Source of the DNA: Laetmonice hystrix
Taxonomy: Eukaryota
Reading direction: 5' to 3'
DNA length: 64,000 nucleotides
Assembly (NCBI GenBank): GCA_965235115.1
Contig: OZ249437.1
Location: 42,284,001 to 42,348,000, forward strand
Part shown: piece by piece, positions 12,484 to 26,234 of the stretch
How the letters are laid out: each line of letters begins with the position of its first letter
Numbering within the stretch: the first letter of the stretch is position 1
The notes under the pieces: model-generated
What the model was told of the DNA's origin: nothing
Databases searched by the model: none
The model's input: only the letters and a program-made list of their open reading frames with translations
Made by a program: the position numbers and the translations under genes

Positions 12484-14782
12484 GAATAATATAAGTGTAC
12501 GAGTCGCATCCCTTGAGACTTCTATTAGTATACAGCACACTGCACGATACGTAACGAAATCAACTATATGAATCTACCATTCCAGCTGCCTGTGTCTGTA
12601 CAGCCCTATATAAATGTTGACATCAAATATGACTTGATTGAACCGTAAACATCTCCCTAAGGCAAGAGCCGTGATCCAGTGTTACGTCATGCCGTAGCAT
12701 ACAGAGTTTAAGCAGTACTGAAGTGCCTGCAGTTGTCCAAGCCACCCACCCACGGGTGAGACTCACACTGGTGTTACACAGCCGCTCAGCACGCAGTAGC
12801 TCTGATTAGCTAAGGCCATTGGCTTCATCATCCATCAACTTACAGGTCACCTTCGACAGCCGCCTACAAACACTATCTGACAGCAAAGAAAACGCTCCAT
12901 CTGCCATTCTACCAAAATTATATCCAATCGGCCTCGGCCACTCTCCTTCCCCAAATACTGATATAGGATGGGGGCGGGGGTCCGAACTCGTGGAGAAAAC
13001 AAAAAGAAGAAAATGCATCGAGTTTTTCTCCATGTCTGTAATGCAATACGAGGCCTATATGTTTTGCCCCTGACCACCCCACGCGTCCTGTGCCAGTACT
13101 CTGAGGCCCCACTTCACCTGTGCCACCGGGGTTGACAGGTAAACGCCCCTGGCAGCACGTTCCTAACACTGTACACTTGACGATATTATCCCGTTTCCAT
13201 TCGATGGCCACAGTCAACAGAAACTCAAGTTGATGTTTCCTATACAGCGATGGGATTCTGTGATTCGGTTGCCATCCTGATCGATGGGAGCAGTGTTGCC
13301 AACAGTTTATGCCTAGGCCTATATTATTTATAGCCGTAATGTGAACTGGGTCCACACTTATCCATTTGGCGCTGGCCTTTAAGATGGATCTCTGGTTTTC
13401 CTTCACTTCCAAATATCGTGTCCAGAGCATGTTAAAGGCACCTGTATAACTATAGTATAACACTGAATGATAACCTTGACAGCGCCAAGAGGCACCCCCA
13501 CGCACGTGGTCTATTATTCCACGTTAGCACCCCCCCCCCCCCCACCCCCAAACGCCAACCCATGCCCGACTTTATTTAAGAGCACTTCAAGAAACAACTT
13601 CACAAGCTTCGAGCTTCCATGCGGGGAGCCACTTAACTGCCACAACTAAAATCAAAAATCAAATTCCAGCTTCCTCGCGGTCCGCCATTGTTTCGTAAAC
13701 ATCACAGTTCACTATGACAGCTTCCCCGTGGGGAACAAACACGTGACAAGGTCATGTAGACAAAGTTGACCTCTAAACCGTGCGCTGACCTTGTTTCTCC
13801 GACGTTTGACAGTTTGGACCAACGTTCGTTTTCGACTACACTAAGTTAACTTGTCTCGCTGATAAACACTCCACACACGCCGCGTCCCCCCTCCAAGGTT
13901 GACGGGATAAATCGTCCAGGTACTGCCTTTGTGGGTGATTTAATGGGCGAGATGCGCGGGTATTGTCGCCGGAATTACGCCAGGTACATGAATAAACCTT
14001 GCCTGGAGGGAGAGGATTTACAGCGTGATAAAATAGTCATGTCTGCTGCCGCCACTCTTGTTTGCCCCCTACCGGCACTGGGGGGAGATATCTTCCTTTA
14101 AGGTCTAAATCCTGTTTGAGAAACGCGGAATCTGGATTGACCGTGTTTTATACCAGGACGTCGAGCTCTGTCAGCACACGACTCTTGTTGATAATGCTGG
14201 TTTTTAATATTGTCAATCGCCAGTCGGAGGCATCCGTTCTCTGGAGACATTAAGGACGGAAATATATGCCACTTTTAAGCACATGTTGAGTGCCCGTTTT
14301 ACTAAACAGGATGAAATTTACTGCTTTTTTGAAATGTCTGAAAACAATGTGCTCCCATTTTGATTGTTCCCACTAACACAAGTTGTCCTGTTATGGGAAC
14401 AAATTACTCTCTCTAAGAAATGATCAGGCCAGCCGAACCTTTGCTTTGGTAATTAAAATGAATGTGAAGAAAGGAACTCACAATTGGACGAGAGAATGAG
14501 CGAGTGATTGGCTCTTTAGGCAAGAAGTATTGGCCATTTTCAGGCCGGGAGTACAATATTGTAACCTGTTCAATCCATATTTTGATGACGATGATAATGA
14601 GAATATCAAAAAGAATCCCACTACAAAGACATATTATAAGGGCCGAAACCAATAGGGCGATTTCCCTTGGTGTCCTTGCGACCTTTTAATTCAAAGCTGG
14701 AAATTTATTGTTATTTTGAGTTGAAATGATGGAAATCGTGATGTAATTTGGACATCTTAAAAATATGTTTGCTACTATACAG

Positions 14783-15397
14783 GACGGGAAGAACAATAAT
14801 TTGTGCAGGTCGAGGTAAGAAATACTGGCGCAAAATTAAAGGCAGGCAAGAGGCTGCATGGTAACATAGACATTTCACAGGTGCAAATATCTTTCGTACA
14901 ATAATGGAGATTTCTCAATTTTTCCTTACCAAGACTGACGCGATAAAATAAACATTATCGCTGCCTGAAGGACAGACACAGCAAAGGTTTCACGTCAATC
15001 TTCTTCTCAGATCTCTGCCAAGGTTTGCGTTGCTGACTTCGTGTACTACTCCCAGGATGGTACATATACTGATTCTCTATAATTGCACATTTAGCGTCAG
15101 TGCCTGCATGGTTAACTGACAGACGGATGAGAAATGAATATGAATAATTATCCAATTACCCATGTTTCATGACGGGCAGACTCCACCGTGTTGTTCCATC
15201 TATGCGTCACGTCATGTGCCATCGATGGCACCTTCGAGTGCCATTACACAGCGTCTGACCCAGAGGATCTGAAGTCCCCACCCACGGCAGGCGTGTGTAA
15301 CGTGGTGTGTGTGGCCTCAGAAAACAAGGATGAACTGTTTGTCGCGTGTTCCGGTGACGTTACACACCACGACATCACGCATATTAGCAAGAGATAA
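14783..15397 (+). CDS. Candidate two-exon fragment (14783-14814 joined to 15180-15397), weakly WD40-like
   Basis: tatacag acceptor and gtaaga donor around 14783-14814; gggcag acceptor at 15179; the spliced frame reads TGRTIICAGRDSTVLFHLC...DELFVACSGD, loosely like WD40 repeat ends; speculative. Confidence 0.2.
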
Positions 15398-16729
15398 AAA
15401 CGGTCATATCACATGATAAAGTGACAAACTGATTCGGTGGGTGTCCCGCGTGATGAATGGAACTCCCACATGGGAAAAACTTAATCGACGTTAATTAATC
15501 TATGTTAATAAAAGAAACCCAAGCCATTGGTGAAAATTAATTTCAAACAGTACAGTTTTCTTTCTTCATTCCGCAAGATTTAAATCTGGACAGAACATTT
15601 GCATTTAATGCATGTTTACTATTTATTCATAGTAACAGCCGTCCACCTGACTTATATTGGGAGTATCTAATGAGTGTCAATTTGGTTTTACTGGAGATAT
15701 CGAATGAAAGTGACTTAGGACGATTGGGTCTCTCCTTATGTCGGTCTAACAACTTTAATGGTTAAGAAACAGACGACACCATTGGCGTGACGTACAGCAC
15801 TGATGTTGCATTCCTTCTCCTAAAACAGTTCTGCTTTATGCAGATGTAATCAATCAGGACGAAGGACATCGAGCGACACATCAAGTTTAAATTTCACTCG
15901 ATTTAACCAATGTCAATCCACATGTTGTGTGGTGTAAGAGCCTTTAGAGGTCAGGTGATGGAATTATTGTTCGTGTCTGTGTGTCTAACGAGGCACACTG
16001 CATGTTCCGAGATGTGGTTGAGTTAACAACCTCCTGACAACATCAACCACTGATGTGGGCTCGGGGATAGGTAACGAATGGTGTCTGTGACTCCTCGGTA
16101 AACTATGTACTTAACCGTGGATAACCATGGGCAGGTAGGTGGACAGGTGCGCGGTGGACGCTCTTGTCTGACAGTCTATCATTGGTTCCAGTGTAATAGA
16201 AATGGAATATGTAATGAAAGGCACTTGTCTCCTAGATCACACTATATGGTCACATCAATAACCTGTGTATTGATTACAGAGCACTGTGTGAAATGATCGC
16301 ACTGGCAGGTTGCCATTATCATTCATTATGTTTCTTTCCCTAAACATCAAATGTCATCAATATTCCAATATCAGGTGCACTGCACTCTTACAAAGCTTTC
16401 AAATATACACGATTAACATCATATCTCACTCCGTATAATGCTATAATACTGCAGGTTTTACAGAAAACTGCTGCCCATGAATTTCAACTATCAGGAAATT
16501 GGTAATTTTATTCTTTTCTTTAAGATCTCACATTTCATGCTGTGCCTTGGCGTTTCAAGCACGTGCCACCACATTTAGTTCACAGGAATATTGTATGCGA
16601 GGCCCGGCTTTCATTTTCATGTTTCATGTCATTTCCAGTGGAGGGGCAACTACTTGTAAAATGACTGTTCAATATGCACCCTGGCCGAACTGTGGCCTGA
16701 TACCAAGGCATGCGCTATGACTGCTACAG

Positions 16730-16840
16730 TCTGTGGGAAGTTATCATATGGTCGCTAAGACGATCGAAACCTTTACACGTATCTTCCAAGACTGGGATAA
16801 TCCCTCTTCTAGAAGAAATACTGCTTTCCTGATATATGCA
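16730..16840 (+). CDS. Candidate 111-nt phase 0-0 exon (SVGSYHMVAKTIETFTRIFQDWDNPSSRRNTAFLIYA)
   Basis: ctgctacag acceptor, gtaagt donor at 16841, single open frame, length divisible by 3. Confidence 0.25.
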
Positions 16841-18530
16841 GTAAGTCGCAGAATAAAAGTTACAGTTATCACTTTCAAATTCAATGCTTTGACTTACAAG
16901 AAATATAAAGTTATAAACTTGAATATGAAATTGCATTCCACTTTCCCCATCTCCAAAACAGAACAGATGCTCAGTTTCAGACTAATTACTAAGAATCAGC
17001 TGCAGTTTTTGACGTAACGAAAGATGGGAAAATACAACAGTGAAGACGGTCATTATTACAGGGCCAATATTTTCTATTGTAGAAACCTATATTTGGTATG
17101 GTTCACTTCCTGCCTTCCAGACGCCATGAACGAAAGCAAATTACCCAGCCTCGCTCGGCTGCTCGGATGGAAGTCTGTGACTATAAATCCGCTCACACTG
17201 GCCTGCTACACAATATGAATTGTTTAAATAATAGTCTACTCTTCAAATAAGCTCTTCAAATAAAAAAACATCTGCCGTTTTATAACCAGACATTTCATCC
17301 AAAAAACACATTTGATACCGTTACATCACACCCCGCAATTTGAGAAAAATTCGCAGTCACCATAGTAACGTCATGTTCCACTTACGTCATCAAGGCTACA
17401 TTTATTGTGAGGAATGAACACCGAAAGATAAGCCAGTGTCGCCTTTCATGTAGTTAGAGTGGAAACCACGTTTCCTGAAGAAATAATCTACATTGATTTA
17501 TACGGGATAAATCCCTGTTTGCTGCATCTAATTTTTGTATCTCGTTATGTTTCAACATGGGTATTGTAGTAGTTCAGTGCCTCCTCATGAATCGACACAC
17601 ACTTTGTGTGGTCGGTATTATGAAACAAGTCTATATATTGAATGCCATTCTCTACCCGCAAGGACTATTCCCACAGCACGCTACTACATAATGTTTTTAG
17701 CAGTGCCATGAGATATGCTCAATATTAGCAGCATGCTGCGACCAGGCATAACGGCTGCTGCCTTATAAGACAACCCATAGCTACAATTTCTACTCATGAT
17801 AAATTCATGAATAATTGACAGTTTACCCCCAAAGCATTCTACAGATAACAAAAAATCTCTTTGAAGACGCGTGGTCTCAGAGCCCCATCTCTGGGTCAAC
17901 ATACTTAGTACCGCCGTGAAATACACAATACGTTGCAATCAGTACTTCATAAAGTTGATAACCTTGATAAATGATGACATAAATTCCAATAAGGATTTCC
18001 TCTGCCTTTTCTGTAAAAAGATAAGTCTAACAGAAAGCAATGAAATGACAGGCAGTGTCCCACTGAACGGCAATGTGCCGGGTGTCGTCATAACGTTCCC
18101 ATGTAAGGCACACAGAGCCAGGCCAATGCCTTGGTGCTTGTAGTTGTTTAAGGGTTCCATCTGGAATGAAACTTTGATCTTTTGGTGTCGTTGTCTCACA
18201 TCACTGCCGGCCTCCAGTCTCTGGGACGTTGGCTTCATAGATTTGTGTATTTGTATAATTCTCGTTGAAATATCCCAAATCTTAGGTCCGGATTTCAAAA
18301 CATCTCCTCTTCCATATTTCATTGACAATCTGCCTGTCAAGCCGGTTGTTCATTCTTCTTTGGAAGAACACCTCAAGTGACTTGGAAGAGCAGTAACCTC
18401 GTTCATCCTATATCAGTAGGGGACTCAGGCAGCTCTACCTCAGTCGATCTGACCTTCTTTTTGCCAGATTTCCCCCTTGGACCCCCCCCCCCGTTCAGCC
18501 TGTTAAACATACTCATTCTCCACCTCGTCT

Positions 18531-19410
18531 ATCCTCGAATACAACCTCCATCGTTACCTTGACCATGCTCCAACATAACCTCAGATTTCACCATCCTCGA
18601 ATACAACCTCCATCGTTACCTTGACCATGCTCCAATATAACCTCAGATTTCACCATCCTCGAATACAACCTCCATCGTTACCTTGACCATGCTCCAACAT
18701 AACCTCAGATTCTACCATCCTCGAATACAACCTCCATCGTTACCTTGACCATGCTCCAATATAACCTCAGATTCTACCACCCTCGAATACAACCTCCATC
18801 GTTACCTTGACCATGCTCCAGTCTAACCTCAGATTCTACCACCCTCGAATACAACCTCCATCGTTACCTTGACCATGCTCCAACATAACCTCAGATTCTA
18901 CCACCCTCGAATACAACCTCCATCGTTACCTTGACCATGCTCCAACATAACCTCAGATTCTACCATCCTCGAATACAACCTCCATCGTTACCTTGACCAT
19001 GCTCCAATATAACCTCAGATTCTACCATCCTCGAATACAATCTCCATCGTTACCTTGACCATGCTCCAGTATAACCTCAGATTCTACCATCCTCGAATAC
19101 AACCTCCATCGTTACCTTGACCATGCTCCAATATAACCTCAGATTCTACCATCCTCGAATACAATCTCCATCGTTACCTTGACCATGCTCCAGTATAACC
19201 TCAGATTCTACCATCCTCGAATACAACCTCCATCGTTACCTTGACCATGCTCCAATATAACCTCAGATTCTACCATCCTCGAATACAATCTCCATCGTTA
19301 CCTTGACCATGCTCCAGTATAACCTCAGATTCTACCATTCTCGAATACAATCTCCATCGTTACCTTGACCATGCTCCAATATAACCTCAGATTCTACCAT
19401 CCTCGAATTC
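18531..19410. repeat. Minisatellite, 62-bp unit, about 14 copies
   Basis: Unit cctcgaatacaacctccatcgttaccttgaccatgctccaatataacctcagattctaccat; 18533 to 19401 is 14 x 62. Confidence 0.97.
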
Positions 19411-22400
19411 AACCCAATCTGGCATCTCTTGTATTTCTATTAAACGGTTGGCCAAGACCGATCGTCTTTCTTTCCAAGCAATACCCTTATCAAGTACCAT
19501 GGGATCATTTTATATAATGTTCCTCATGGAAGAATATTTACTACCTGCTGGAATTATAATGAACGTGTTAGAATAAAATATGGGGCAGTTTGACACATTC
19601 TGCCTCGTTCTCTGGTTGGCTTCACAGACTGTACAACTGCCATTATAACAGATTTGGAGAGGATGTCGCGCCGATTTATCGACCTCAGTGATGTCAGTAT
19701 GGGTTGGGCCCCCTCCGACCTCATCATGAATTATTAATACTCGGACACTGGTAATGTCGGCCGGGGGGGGGGGGGGGGTGGGGTATTGTGGCTGCCCTCT
19801 GTGTGAATGAAATGCCTTTACACGTACTGACCTGATTCGGAACCACACACGCTGTGGTTGTCATGCTGTCTGTTGCCGACACCCGTAGATCTGGTGGTTT
19901 GCGGGCGGAGTGCTGGTTTTACAATTGTCGGAACATCGCCCTCGGTGTGAGGGCCGTGTCTGCTGTGTTTACACCCTAAACATCGCTTGTCAGCGTGAGA
20001 GCCACACCCCGTCCAGGCGGCGGCAGACTCACTGCTCACATGGCCTCATTTCCAGCTCCTTGATTGGGCCTGTCTGGGGCTCACTTGGGTCGCTGAAGTC
20101 CTACCATGGTGTCATCCTGCTCCAGTATCAGCCCCTGTGGTGGCGAGTGTCCACACACGATGAATCCGAACCGTTCATTGTGTACCCTCGCCAACAAGGT
20201 GGGACACAGTCAGTAGAAACCATGCATATTATAAACCCCATTCACCAACGACGTTAAATGAGGCTGGGTCTGAGAAGTGATGCCGCGTGATGTGAAAGAA
20301 GAACGTGTGGGTTGCTAAGGTTTCCTTGGTGCTTACCCTTGGAATAGTTTCACGAGTCATCACGCCTGTAGATGGGCCCCGAGCTGAAGGTATGTGCCTA
20401 TCACAATGATGGCTATACAAGGGCTACCATTGCCGCCGCCTTCCCTGGCTGCCCGGGATATTGCTCCTCACCCACATTGCTCGCCCGGTGACGGCCCACC
20501 ATGAGGCGGGCAGCGGCAGCACGCCGGGTACTAAGGACCTCCTCAACTCAATTGTACCCGTGAACACCCTGCGTTCCGTTAATCAAGCCTGACTGGCTCC
20601 TGCAGGGTCAGGCTGTAGAAATGCCATGCAATCCACTTGGGCATGTGTAAAACGCATACATTCCTGCATGTACAAACCCATGTGGAAATTACCGCCCAGC
20701 AAATCTTCCCTGCCGGCCGACTGCCCTACAACCTGCAACGTGAGTGAAAGGCTGACAGTATGCAAAGATAATTGATTTTTCGGGACATGATGGGTCCCAA
20801 GACATCCGCATGCCTAGGAGCGAACCAGCGCAAGGAGCATGCTCGGACACGTGGCGTATCCTGGAACTGTGCACGCTGTAAGTATGGGTGCACGTGAATT
20901 AATGCTGGGCTCTCGGAACGACACACGTGCACTCTGGGAATTGTAAGGCTCACTTTAAAATGTTGACAGGCACAAGATAACCCCCTAAAGCTACATGTCA
21001 ACGAGGATGCTTCCGCTAACCCCTCAATATTCTATATGCTTGGCGGAAACATTGCAATAAGTGGGGGTCGTCTACTGATGCTCGAGCCCGACAACCTGCA
21101 GACTCTCCGCTTTATCTTCTCGAAACTCAAAGTACCATTCCAGGCGGAGAAATAAATTTCTCCCGCGGTTCTAGAAGGTCACATCTCTAAAGCAAACTGA
21201 TTACAAACCAATTATAACTAAGTCATCTTCTGCAAAGTGGAAAATCAATATGTGTGCTTGGTGGAGACGATGTGTTGGCTGCATGGCCATGGAGGAGGTG
21301 ACAGGGGAACCAACCACAGCAGAACCCCACTACCCGTCTGATCGGCAGCATCAGGGGATCCGCCTGACGAGACCACCTCTCCTTATCCAGGCCAAGGAAC
21401 CGCTTATCATTCCACACCGATCTCAACAACAGACCCCAACAAATCAGTGAGAAAACCTCTCCAATTCACGGCCGACATTTTTGCAAATCTTGTAAGGAAT
21501 TTCACAGATTCCCCAGGATACGTGAGGTTAATTTCTCGGCCACCAGTTCACACTTATCAGCACGGACCAGCTTTGTCAGACCAACTTGAGAAGAGGCCAA
21601 CAATGGCCGAATATAGCTTGGGCTGCGGCCCCCCGATTGGCGTTTCCCAGCATCGTACAGAACCGATTCGAACAACTTCTATATCAGCGACAAAGCCAGA
21701 TGGAATATTTTCCAAGCTGAGCAACAACCGGTATCGGATAAAATTATGTTTATATCGTCCAGTCAGGGTTTCTTCTACCAGCCAAACAAGAACAGGGGAC
21801 AATTTATTTAAAGTGCCCTGCATGCATTTAATTCTCTCTTCATTCCTATAAATGAGAGCAAAAAATTTAAATTATGTCAGATAACGGTACTACAATAATT
21901 ACCAAAATAAAGCTTGATTTTATTACTCGTAATTTATTTCTGACCATTTTTATACTAAATACAGATACGAGTAAAATCAAATGACCAAACTATGGTGCCT
22001 TTAGATTGCCTATCTCGGCTTTGCCTGAGCGTGGTATTGGACGGCAGTGAATGGTTGGAGGGCGGGAGCGAGGCTGCGATTCCCGCGGTCAGGGCAATTA
22101 AACACATAAATCATGGTGCCACCGGCGGAGCTTTCATTCTGCAACTTTACTGCAGGTCTTGCCACCTCGTGATGACCTTGCGGCACCGACTGCTCGCTGA
22201 TCTATGTAGCAATCAAAGTATTCGATGGTGGGCTAGTCGGACTCATCAGGTGCAATAGACAGGCCTAACGAAAATAAAGCTTTCCGCTAGTCTTGCTTAT
22301 TGAGAGTCTATGGCTACATTATTGGATAATGTTGATTTCAAGACTATCCTATAGGCTATGCCGAGACAGTCAATGCAAATTTATACCGTGCTTCCAACAG

Positions 22401-22905
22401 CATAAATGGAATCACATGAATAGCACTGCAGCTGGTAAACAATACAATATTTGAAAAGAATCCGAGAAAAGGAAGCTTACTTCCAATCTACCAATATTTT
22501 AAAGACGTTAAGTATTTGTTACGGCAATTCTTCATTCTAAGTACTGCAGTTATTGTCCCATGAGAACCGATTGACAACAGCACGGCCTTGGTGTCCTTCC
22601 GTTACGTCACAATTCCCCATTGGTTTAACATAGGGGAACGTACACCTCTCCAAATATTGGCTTTTCTTTTGGCAATTAAATATTTCTTAAGTATGAAATG
22701 TATTTTTTCTCACATAAGAGATGTTGGTTCTGATGTATAGTAAGTTTGATAACAAAGAGAACAGTAATTGTGGAGTTATCAGTTAGAACGTTTTTTCAAT
22801 GGGCCTACCAATGCTAAATGACCGGAACCGGAATTTGGCTGTCGCCAGTTTGGGCCTCCAACCCGTATTTCTCGTCGATTCACGCATTGTAACGTGACAT
22901 ACTTA

Positions 22906-22992
22906 CAGGATCATGTGATTAGTTACCTAGGACGGGTCAGGATCATGTCATTAGTTACCTGTAAGGGGTCAGGATCATGGCATTAGTTTCCC
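22906..22992. repeat. Degenerate tandem repeat, 32-bp unit, about 3 copies
   Basis: caggatcatg..attagtt.cct recurs at 22906, 22938 and 22970. Confidence 0.8.
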
Positions 22993-23434
22993 TGGGACAG
23001 TAACGAGACGTACGTATAGAGACGCGGGAAGACGCGTGGCAGGACCTTAACAAGGGGACCCAGCAGTACGTCAGTGGCACATACCCAGCGCCTTGAGTCC
23101 TTCCTGGTCACAGCAGGCCAGGGCAGCCCCAGCCTACCGCCCGACCACCGCCACCCTTCCTACCTACCAACTAATGTGGTCTTATTACCCCACCAGGCCG
23201 GGGTTTCTTCATCAACTTGTCAGCGACCCTTCCGATGAAACTGTTTGAAGTGCTGAAAACCTCCATTTTGTGAACTTATAGGGATCGCCCCCAAGGTCCC
23301 GACTGGCGCCCCCTGGCCTGTCCTTAAATTCGGGGTATCCATCACCATCTCCACCCCCTCCCCCACCCCCTTCCTGCTCTCCCCACAAATCTCCACCGTG
23401 TAAATCGGTGACGTCTACCATTATCCGAGAAAAT

Positions 23435-24556
23435 GGCCTGGGCTGACGGTGGCGGAGCCTGTTACCGAGCGGCCAGAGGCCTGGGCTGGCGGTGGCGGAG
23501 CCTGTTACCGAGCGGCCAGAGGCCTGGGCTGACTGACGGTGGCGGAGCCTGTTACCGAGCGACCAGAGGCCTGGGCTGACGGTGGCGGAGCCTGTTACCG
23601 AGCGGCCAGAGGCCTGGGCTGACGGTGGCGGAGCCTGTTACCGAGCGACCAGAGGCCTGGGCTGACGGTGGCGGAGCCTGTTACCGAGCGGCCAGAGGCC
23701 TGGGCTGACGGTGGCGGAGCCTGTTACCGAGCGGCCAGAGGCCTGGGCTGACGGTGGCGGAGCCTGTTACCGAGCGGCCAGAGGCCTGGGCTGACGGTGG
23801 CGGAGCCTGTTACCGAGCGGCCAGAGGCCTGGGCTGACGGTGGCGGAGCCTGTTACCGAGCGGCCAGAGGCCTGGGCTGACGGTGGCGGAGCCTGTTACC
23901 GAGCGGCCAGAGGCCTGGGCTGACGGTGGCGGAGCCTGTTACCGAGCGGCCAGAGGCCTGGGCTGACGGTGGCGGAGCCTGTTACCGAGCCGCCAGAGGC
24001 CTGGGCCGACGGTGGCGGAGCCTCTTACCGAGCGGCCAGAGGCCTGGGCCGACGGTGGCGGAGCCTGTTACCGAGCGGCCAGAGGCCTGGGCCGACGGTG
24101 GCGGAGCCTGTTACCGAGCGACCAGAGGCCTGGGCCGACGGTGGCGGAGCCTGTTACCGAGCGACCAGAGGCCTGGGCTGACGGTGGCGGAGCCTGTTAC
24201 CGAGCGGCCAGAGGCCTGGGCTGCCGGTGGCGGAGCCTGTTACCGAGCGGCCAGAGGCCTGGGCTGACGGTGGCGGAGCCTGTTACCGAGCGACCAGAGA
24301 CCTGGGCTGACGGTGGCAGAGCCTGTTACCGAGCGGCCAGAGGCCTGGGCTGACGGTGGCGGAGCCTGTTACCGAGCGACCAGAGACCTGGGCTGACGGT
24401 GGCAGAGCCTGTTACCGAGCGGCCAGAGGCCTGGGCTGACGGTGGCAGAGCCTGTTACCGAGCGGCCAGAGGCCTGGGCTGACGGTGGCGGAGCCTGTTA
24501 CCGAGCGGCCAGAGGCCTGGGCTGACGGTGGCGGAGCCTGTTACCGAGCGGCCAGA
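23435..24556. repeat. GC-rich minisatellite, 43-bp unit, 26 copies
   Basis: Unit ggcctgggctgacggtggcggagcctgttaccgagcggccaga; length equals 26 x 43 + 4; explains the MAEPVTERPEAW ORFs. Confidence 0.98.
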
Positions 24557-24825
24557 GTCGGTGTATGAACCTCGCCACTGACAACCCGTTACCGATTACC
24601 TGACGCCGCTCCTCCGTCAGGAAAAATGGAAATGGCCACTGCAAGGACCAGAAGTCAGTGACATTTATTTTCTTTTATTCACCGCGTTACATTGTAAATG
24701 TGTTTCTAATGATAATGTCATCAGTCACGGCCCATGAAACCTAACCAGACGCCCTTATACCATGAACCCCACGCCTCCTCTAATCAACTGCCTTTTTTTC
24801 CTCTTGCTTTTTTTTCAATTCGAAG

Positions 24826-24954
24826 TCCATCACAGGAAAATGAAGGATCTGCATCTTGTTTTTCTCCTGAAAGGAGAGGAGAAGATGGGAGAAAGCAGTC
24901 TCCCAGGAGACGGGGAGAAACACATTGACGTCAGGAAGCGCCGTCAGGTTAAAG
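24826..24954 (+). CDS. Candidate 129-nt phase 1-1 exon (HHRKMKDLHLVFLLKGEEKMGESSLPGDGEKHIDVRKRRQVK)
   Basis: 30-nt pyrimidine tract 24791-24820 then cgaag; AAAG/gtgaga donor at 24955; one open frame; phase-compatible with ORF 27477-27742 (ccatttcag acceptor). Confidence 0.3.
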
Positions 24955-24998
24955 GTGAGATTATCTCGTTACCATACAGGTAATGTTTAACGGGGGAA

Positions 24999-25581
24999 CG
25001 TATACCATGCTGGAGACCACGCTGGAGACGTATACCATGCCGGAGACGTATACCATGCCGGAGACGTATACCATGCCGGAGACGTATACCATGCTGGAGA
25101 CGTATACCATGCCGGAGACGTATACCATGCTGGAGACGTATACCATACTGGAGAGGTATACCATACTGGAGACGTATACCATACTGGAGACGTATACCAT
25201 GCCGGAGACGTATACCATGCTGGAGACGTATACCATGACACGTATACCATGCTGGAGACGTATACCATGAGACGTATACCATGCTGGAGACGTATACCAT
25301 GCCGGAGACGTATACCATACTGGAGACGTATACCATACTGGAGAGGTATACCATACTGGAGACGTATACCATACTGGAGACGTATACCATGCCGGAGACG
25401 TATACCATGCTGGAGACGTATACCATGACACGTATACCATGCTGGAGACGTATACCATGACACGTATACCATGCCGTAGACGTATACCATGCCGGAGACG
25501 TATACCATGAGATGTATACCATGCCGGAGACGTATACCATGCCGGAGACGTATACCATAAGATGTATACCATGCTGGAGAC
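24999..25581. repeat. Minisatellite, 18-bp unit with 14-bp variants, about 33 copies
   Basis: Unit gtataccatgc(c/t)ggagac with gtataccatgacac and gtataccatgagac variants; source of the ETYTMP / WYTSPA / HGIRLR ORFs. Confidence 0.97.
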
Positions 25582-26234
25582 ATAATGCTGGGGCCACTGA
25601 CAGATGCCAGAAAGACAGGGAGAGATAAAAGAAAAACAGGGATAATAAATACTGAAGAATCTTTCTGAAGGCAAGAGTTTTTTAACCGGACTATAAGTTA
25701 TATCTAGCCACGTGGTGGTGGCAGGGTTGGGGAATCGGTATTATCTGAAAGGGGCCAAACAGTGATAGAACACGAGCCGTCCGCGGCCGCCTTGCCCAAC
25801 CCATATTCAATCGATTGCGACCTGACAGGTAGGGGAATTCGTAGCCACAGGCTTATGGTATTATGTCGTGTTTAACGCTAATGCTACCCCTCTTTCATGT
25901 CATGCATTCATCTATGTCTTTCGGCTCCCATCGGAATGTAAATCCATATTCATTAGAGTTTCAGGAGCATACGACGTACGTGTGGAGACCTCACTGTTAC
26001 AAGGTGGAGTGGCTTAAATAAACTGTTTTTCTTCTTATAGGCCATCGATTAGAAAAACCCGCTTGGAAATACATGCCATTCAAGAACCCAACAACTCTTT
26101 ACAGTAGGCAGAACCACAAGCAAAGATTGTTTGGGCGCTAAAGCCTGAAGTATAGATGTAACCGATAAAAACACGTTATGTAGTCGGTGACAGTGTTGCT
26201 GCGTTGGCGGAGAGACATAATTATAAACTATCTT

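Noticed and set aside
12918-13505. 195-aa minus-strand ORF, the longest non-repeat ORF
   Set aside because: No recognisable motif or codon bias; ORFs near this length are expected about once by chance in this much sequence
13660-13700. Minus-strand ATGGCG start (MADREEAG) in a YY1-like motif
   Set aside because: Stop after 9 codons and no donor site
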